From the NCBI GenBank assembly GCA_011052055.1, contig DRJW01000143.1, positions 1 to 37,620 of the forward strand: a stretch of DNA of 37,620 nucleotides, given 5' to 3'. The notes beneath the pieces are model-generated. The model was not told where the DNA came from. It did not search any database and saw nothing but the letters and a program-made list of their open reading frames with translations. Each line of letters begins with the position of its first letter. Within the stretch, counting starts at the first letter, position 1. Made by a program: the position numbers and the translations under genes. Shown one piece after another: positions 34,737 to 37,620 of this stretch. Source of the DNA: Nitrospirota bacterium. Its GTDB lineage: Bacteria > Nitrospinota_A > UBA7883.

Positions 34737-36539
34737 TTGAAAAAATCCATTATATTTAGTTTGGCGCTGATTATAGGCGTCACACTTCTTTCGGTTAAGG
34801 CCGAGGCCAAGAAGACCGTCCTGACTCCTTTCGATAAACGTGACTGGCACGTGACCGAAAAGTATGACAGCGACGCGCCTTTGCGTGACTACGCTATCTT
34901 GTACGACGCTGGCGGCGTTGATGGCGCTATCGGCGTTATCGGCATTCCGTCGATGAGGACATACCGCCATATCAGGGTGGGTGTGGATCTTCACAACTTT
35001 CCATTCTCCGGCTCCAACGCCGGGAATAATAACGGTACGCCTGACGGTAAGTACCTGTATGTCTCCGACAAAGGGGCCAACACTATCGGCGAGGTTAATC
35101 TCCAGACAGGCTGGACTGAAAGAATCTTCGCCTTACCGGTGCCTTTTGGTGTCCACCACTGCGCCGCCCTGTCGCCCAACGGAAAATATCTGTTCGCCAC
35201 AGGCGAGTTGACAGGCAAAATGCTCAAGCTGAGGCTCAGTGACGGCGCCACGACGGTGCTTAACATTCCGCCCGCGCCGAGCTCTCCAGATTATCCAGAC
35301 ACGAGTAAAGACGGAAAGTATGTATTTTCCGGCAACTACTATCACTCCACTGTCATGGTGTTCAGCCAGGATCCTTTCAAGCTGATCAAAGAGATACCGG
35401 TCGGTAAAAACCCGCACGGCACGAATGTTAGCCCGACTAACAGGATGGTTACCGTATGCGACAAGCTTTCAGCTACTCTGTCGGTTATCGACGTGGAGAC
35501 ACTGAAGGTTCATAAGGTTATTCCGACCGGCGCTGGCCCACTGCATAACCAGATCGACTCACTTGGCAAGTATGTTTACCAGTCTTGCTTCGTGTCCGAC
35601 TCTACCTCGAAGATAGATTTGCAGCGTATGCAACTTGTCGACGAGTTTCCAATCCACTATCGTGTTGGTCACAACTCGATAGCTCCTGACAACGCTTATT
35701 ATGTATCGCAAAACAAGTTCTCGACCGGTCTTTTTACACCGACGGGAATAGTGTTCGCGGTCAACTTTGAGTTAGAGGATATCGACGAAACTTCTGACAC
35801 ATACGGCAAATCTGTCAAGATTATTCCGGTGGATGGTGAGCCTCACGAGGGGCGTCAGATTTTCGCCACATTTATCCAGCGTTGGAACACCGGTAAAGGC
35901 GACGATCTGTTTACCAAAGGTTATGACCTTGGTGACGTTCATGTCTCTTTCGGCGCTAAAGGGCGCCCCGGTCTGCCAGCCAACGTTCATCCGCAACTTG
36001 AGCCTCGTCACGTGGCCAACACCAAGAAAAGGTGGGTGCCACGGGATAACGGCAAGCCTGGAATCACCAAGGATGGCGATGTATACGTGATCCGTGTCAA
36101 GGGCTTCTCTTATGGTTATGTGCCAAGGTTTATCCATGTGCCAAAAGGCGCCAAAGTGAGGATTATTTACACCAATATCGACAAGGCGGCCGGTCTGACA
36201 AAGAATCCGGATGTCACCATGGGGCTGAATATATATGGCTTCTATGGTCCGCGGACGATGATTATCGGTGTGCGCGGCATGTCAATGGTGGCCGAGTTCG
36301 TAGCTTCGAAGGCTGGTGAGTATGAGTTCTTTTGCCAGCACTTCTGCGGTCCCTTGCATCTTGAGATGCGCGGAACGTTCTTTGTCGATCCACCGGGGCA
36401 ACAGGCCTCTTTGGCCGTCGGTGATTACGACAGTGTCTCCATGAAGGAGCAGTTGGTCGATGAGAATGAGCATGTATGGGTCGTAGGTACTAACAAGCTG
36501 ATGAATACTCTGACTGAAGGTAAGGAGCCTACCATATAG
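34737..36539 (+). CDS. nosZ: divergent nitrous-oxide reductase (NosZ)-like protein: beta-propeller plus CuA-type cupredoxin, Sec signal
   Basis: TTG start after GGGGGTGA. By-eye matches to Pseudomonas stutzeri NosZ:
- GVIGIPSMR (compare GVPSMR).
- GVHHC (H178 region).
- VGKNPHGTNVSP (PKNPHGCN).
- GAGPLHNQ (GLGPLHT).
- HYRVGH (HYQPGH).
- DGEPHE (AEPHD).
- TNID.
- The CuA motif CQHFCGPLHLEM (C-x3-C-x3-H-x2-M) at 36333-36368. Confidence 0.75.
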   Translation: MKKSIIFSLALIIGVTLLSVKAEAKKTVLTPFDKRDWHVTEKYDSDAPLRDYAILYDAGGVDGAIGVIGIPSMRTYRHIRVGVDLHNFPFSGSNAGNNNGTPDGKYLYVSDKGANTIGEVNLQTGWTERIFALPVPFGVHHCAALSPNGKYLFATGELTGKMLKLRLSDGATTVLNIPPAPSSPDYPDTSKDGKYVFSGNYYHSTVMVFSQDPFKLIKEIPVGKNPHGTNVSPTNRMVTVCDKLSATLSVIDVETLKVHKVIPTGAGPLHNQIDSLGKYVYQSCFVSDSTSKIDLQRMQLVDEFPIHYRVGHNSIAPDNAYYVSQNKFSTGLFTPTGIVFAVNFELEDIDETSDTYGKSVKIIPVDGEPHEGRQIFATFIQRWNTGKGDDLFTKGYDLGDVHVSFGAKGRPGLPANVHPQLEPRHVANTKKRWVPRDNGKPGITKDGDVYVIRVKGFSYGYVPRFIHVPKGAKVRIIYTNIDKAAGLTKNPDVTMGLNIYGFYGPRTMIIGVRGMSMVAEFVASKAGEYEFFCQHFCGPLHLEMRGTFFVDPPGQQASLAVGDYDSVSMKEQLVDENEHVWVVGTNKLMNTLTEGKEPTI

Positions 36540-36576
36540 GCGCCCCATTTCTTCGTTAGAGTTGTGTTATTCTCAG

Positions 36577-36610
36577 GAGACCGGGCTATAGCGGCCCGGT
36601 CTCTTTTTTT
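36577..36610 (+). terminator. rho-independent terminator
   Basis: A 10-bp GC-rich stem (gagaccgggc / gcccggtctc) with a 7-nt loop, followed by T7 (36604-36610). It starts 38 nt after the stop at 36539. Confidence 0.85.
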
Positions 36611-36622
36611 AAGTAGTGAAAA

Positions 36623-37180
36623 ATGAGATTGTCATCGAAGTTTCCGATTGCGGGGGTACTTATCCTTTTAATGGCTACAGGCTGTACCAGTAAAAAGGAA
36701 GAAACTGTATTGCCCGCTACGACGCCTGATAAAGTAGTTTTACGTTTTTTTGATCTTATCTCTGAAGGCGGAAAGCTGACAAACATGGAAGCTATGAAAT
36801 TGATTAGCGCCAAGACGTCCAGGGTGGATCAAAATACTTTTAGAAAATGGACTCAGGAATTCAGCAAAGAATCGAAAATCAAAGTAGTTAAAACAGTCAT
36901 TAATAAAAAACGGGACGGAGATGGATACCTGATTGCGAATGTGTCAATGGAAGTTATGTCACCGTCGGTATTCGGCGGAGATTTTAAAAGCACGTCCAGC
37001 ATGAACCTTATATTGAATGAAGAGGCCCACAAATGGGAAATAGATTTTCTGGCCCAGACGGTTAACGAAGATGATTTTCTTAAAGCTCCGAAAGACGCCA
37101 GGGCCGTGCCTTTGGAGCCTTCGATACGCGAAGATAAAGTTGAACCCAAAAAAGTTGAAACGAAAGTTGAAGCGAAATGA
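36623..37180 (+). CDS. lipoprotein, NTF2/DUF4878-like fold suspected, with a Lys/Glu/Val-rich tail
   Basis: Lipobox LMATGC. DKVVLRFFDLISEGG ... YLIANVSMEV ... KWEIDF resembles small NTF2-like lipoproteins. The C-terminal tail is EDKVEPKKVETKVEAK. The fold call is tentative. Confidence 0.55.
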   Translation: MRLSSKFPIAGVLILLMATGCTSKKEETVLPATTPDKVVLRFFDLISEGGKLTNMEAMKLISAKTSRVDQNTFRKWTQEFSKESKIKVVKTVINKKRDGDGYLIANVSMEVMSPSVFGGDFKSTSSMNLILNEEAHKWEIDFLAQTVNEDDFLKAPKDARAVPLEPSIREDKVEPKKVETKVEAK

Positions 37181-37620
37181 TTAAAACGTTAGTGGACTGG
37201 TTTGATTTAAGGCTCGGCGTCAGAGATTTTTATGATCGGCACATAGCCTATCCGCTCCCCGAAGGCCTTAACATCTGGCACGTTTTCGGTGGTCTTACCA
37301 TAGGTTGCATTTTAATTCAATTCATCACCGGCTTCTATATGCTCTGGTACTACATCCCGCTACCAGATTTGGCGCACCAGAGCATCAACGATATGTGCAA
37401 CCAGACTTCTTTTGGCGCCTTGTTCAGAAACGTCCACAGATACAGCGCCACGCTGACGATAGTATTTATATTTATTCACTTTATCCATATTCTGGCCAAG
37501 CGGTCTTACAGGCCGCCAAGAGAACTAAACTGGTGGACGGGGTTGACGCTGGCTTTGATTTTTGTCATGTTTCTAATAACGGGTGTTGTCATGCCCTGGG
37601 ATTGGCGTAGCTATTGGGAG
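37177..37620 (+). CDS. cytochrome b (b6/bc1 N-terminal domain), 3' end cut by window edge
   Basis: Absent from the ORF track because it runs off the edge. ATGA overlap with the upstream stop. Translation: MIKTLVDWFDLRLGVRDFY ... FGGLTIGCILIQFITGFYMLWYY ... NVHRYSATLTIVFIFIH (H-x13-H) ... PWDWRSYWE. 148 in-frame codons reach the edge. Confidence 0.85.
   Translation, partial: MIKTLVDWFDLRLGVRDFYDRHIAYPLPEGLNIWHVFGGLTIGCILIQFITGFYMLWYYIPLPDLAHQSINDMCNQTSFGALFRNVHRYSATLTIVFIFIHFIHILAKRSYRPPRELNWWTGLTLALIFVMFLITGVVMPWDWRSYWE

Noticed and set aside
1-37620. A search by eye for mobile elements, CRISPR repeats, tRNA/rRNA genes, phage or defence genes.
   Set aside because: I recognised no transposase, integrase or recombinase motifs, no regularly spaced direct repeats, and no tRNA-like cloverleaf candidates in the intergenic regions. 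Apart from the items listed, the window looks like core or accessory metabolic chromosome.

Overview
The window is almost fully coding. I found no rRNA, tRNA, CRISPR array, transposase or integrase. Layout, start to end:

- **1-2775, minus strand:** a two-component pair. It comprises a Cache-type sensor kinase and a canonical sigma-54-dependent NtrC-family response regulator, which is cut by the window edge.
- **2776-3473:** a roughly 700-nt AT-rich spacer carrying a good -24/-12 sigma-54 promoter.
- **3543-17883, plus strand:** 15 same-strand, partly translationally coupled genes with 12 CxxCH heme-c motifs. Components:
  - a Q-loop-less CydA-like (cytochrome bd subunit I-like) protein fused to a cytochrome c domain;
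  - two Nuo L/M/N-MrpD-type antiporter-like subunits separated by two mini membrane proteins;
  - a triheme cytochrome c fused to an ethylbenzene-dehydrogenase-gamma/NxrC-like (EB_dh) heme-b domain;
  - four further c-type cytochromes;
  - a cytochrome b6-like protein with its own C-terminal heme-c site and no Rieske partner.
  
  No catalytic molybdoenzyme, complex-I Q-module, heme-copper oxidase or Rieske gene is present. I read this as a candidate undescribed membrane respiratory module.
- **18083-22809:** an ordinary GldA/GldF/GldG-like ABC-2 transporter plus a DUF4340 protein.
- **22823-24666:** small secreted proteins and a cytochrome c.
- **24701-27742:** two FGE/SUMF1-domain proteins flanking a LivK-like binding protein.
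- **27771-31164:** a second kinase/NtrC-like pair whose AAA+ domain lacks GAFTGA.
- **31219-33963:** a fused membrane/spermidine-synthase-like/TPR protein.
- **34206-36610:** a sigma-54-promoted, terminator-bounded two-gene unit. Its 600-aa product is clearly NosZ-like (nitrous-oxide reductase) but has non-canonical metal-ligand positions and no nos accessory genes nearby.
- **36623-37620:** a lipoprotein gene and a second, partial cytochrome b gene.

The gene content (bd-like oxidase, EB_dh proteins, many cytochromes c, many sigma-54 regulators) resembles Nitrospinota, Nitrospirota or anammox-type genomes. That is inference only. All domain calls come from by-eye motif recognition, not searches.
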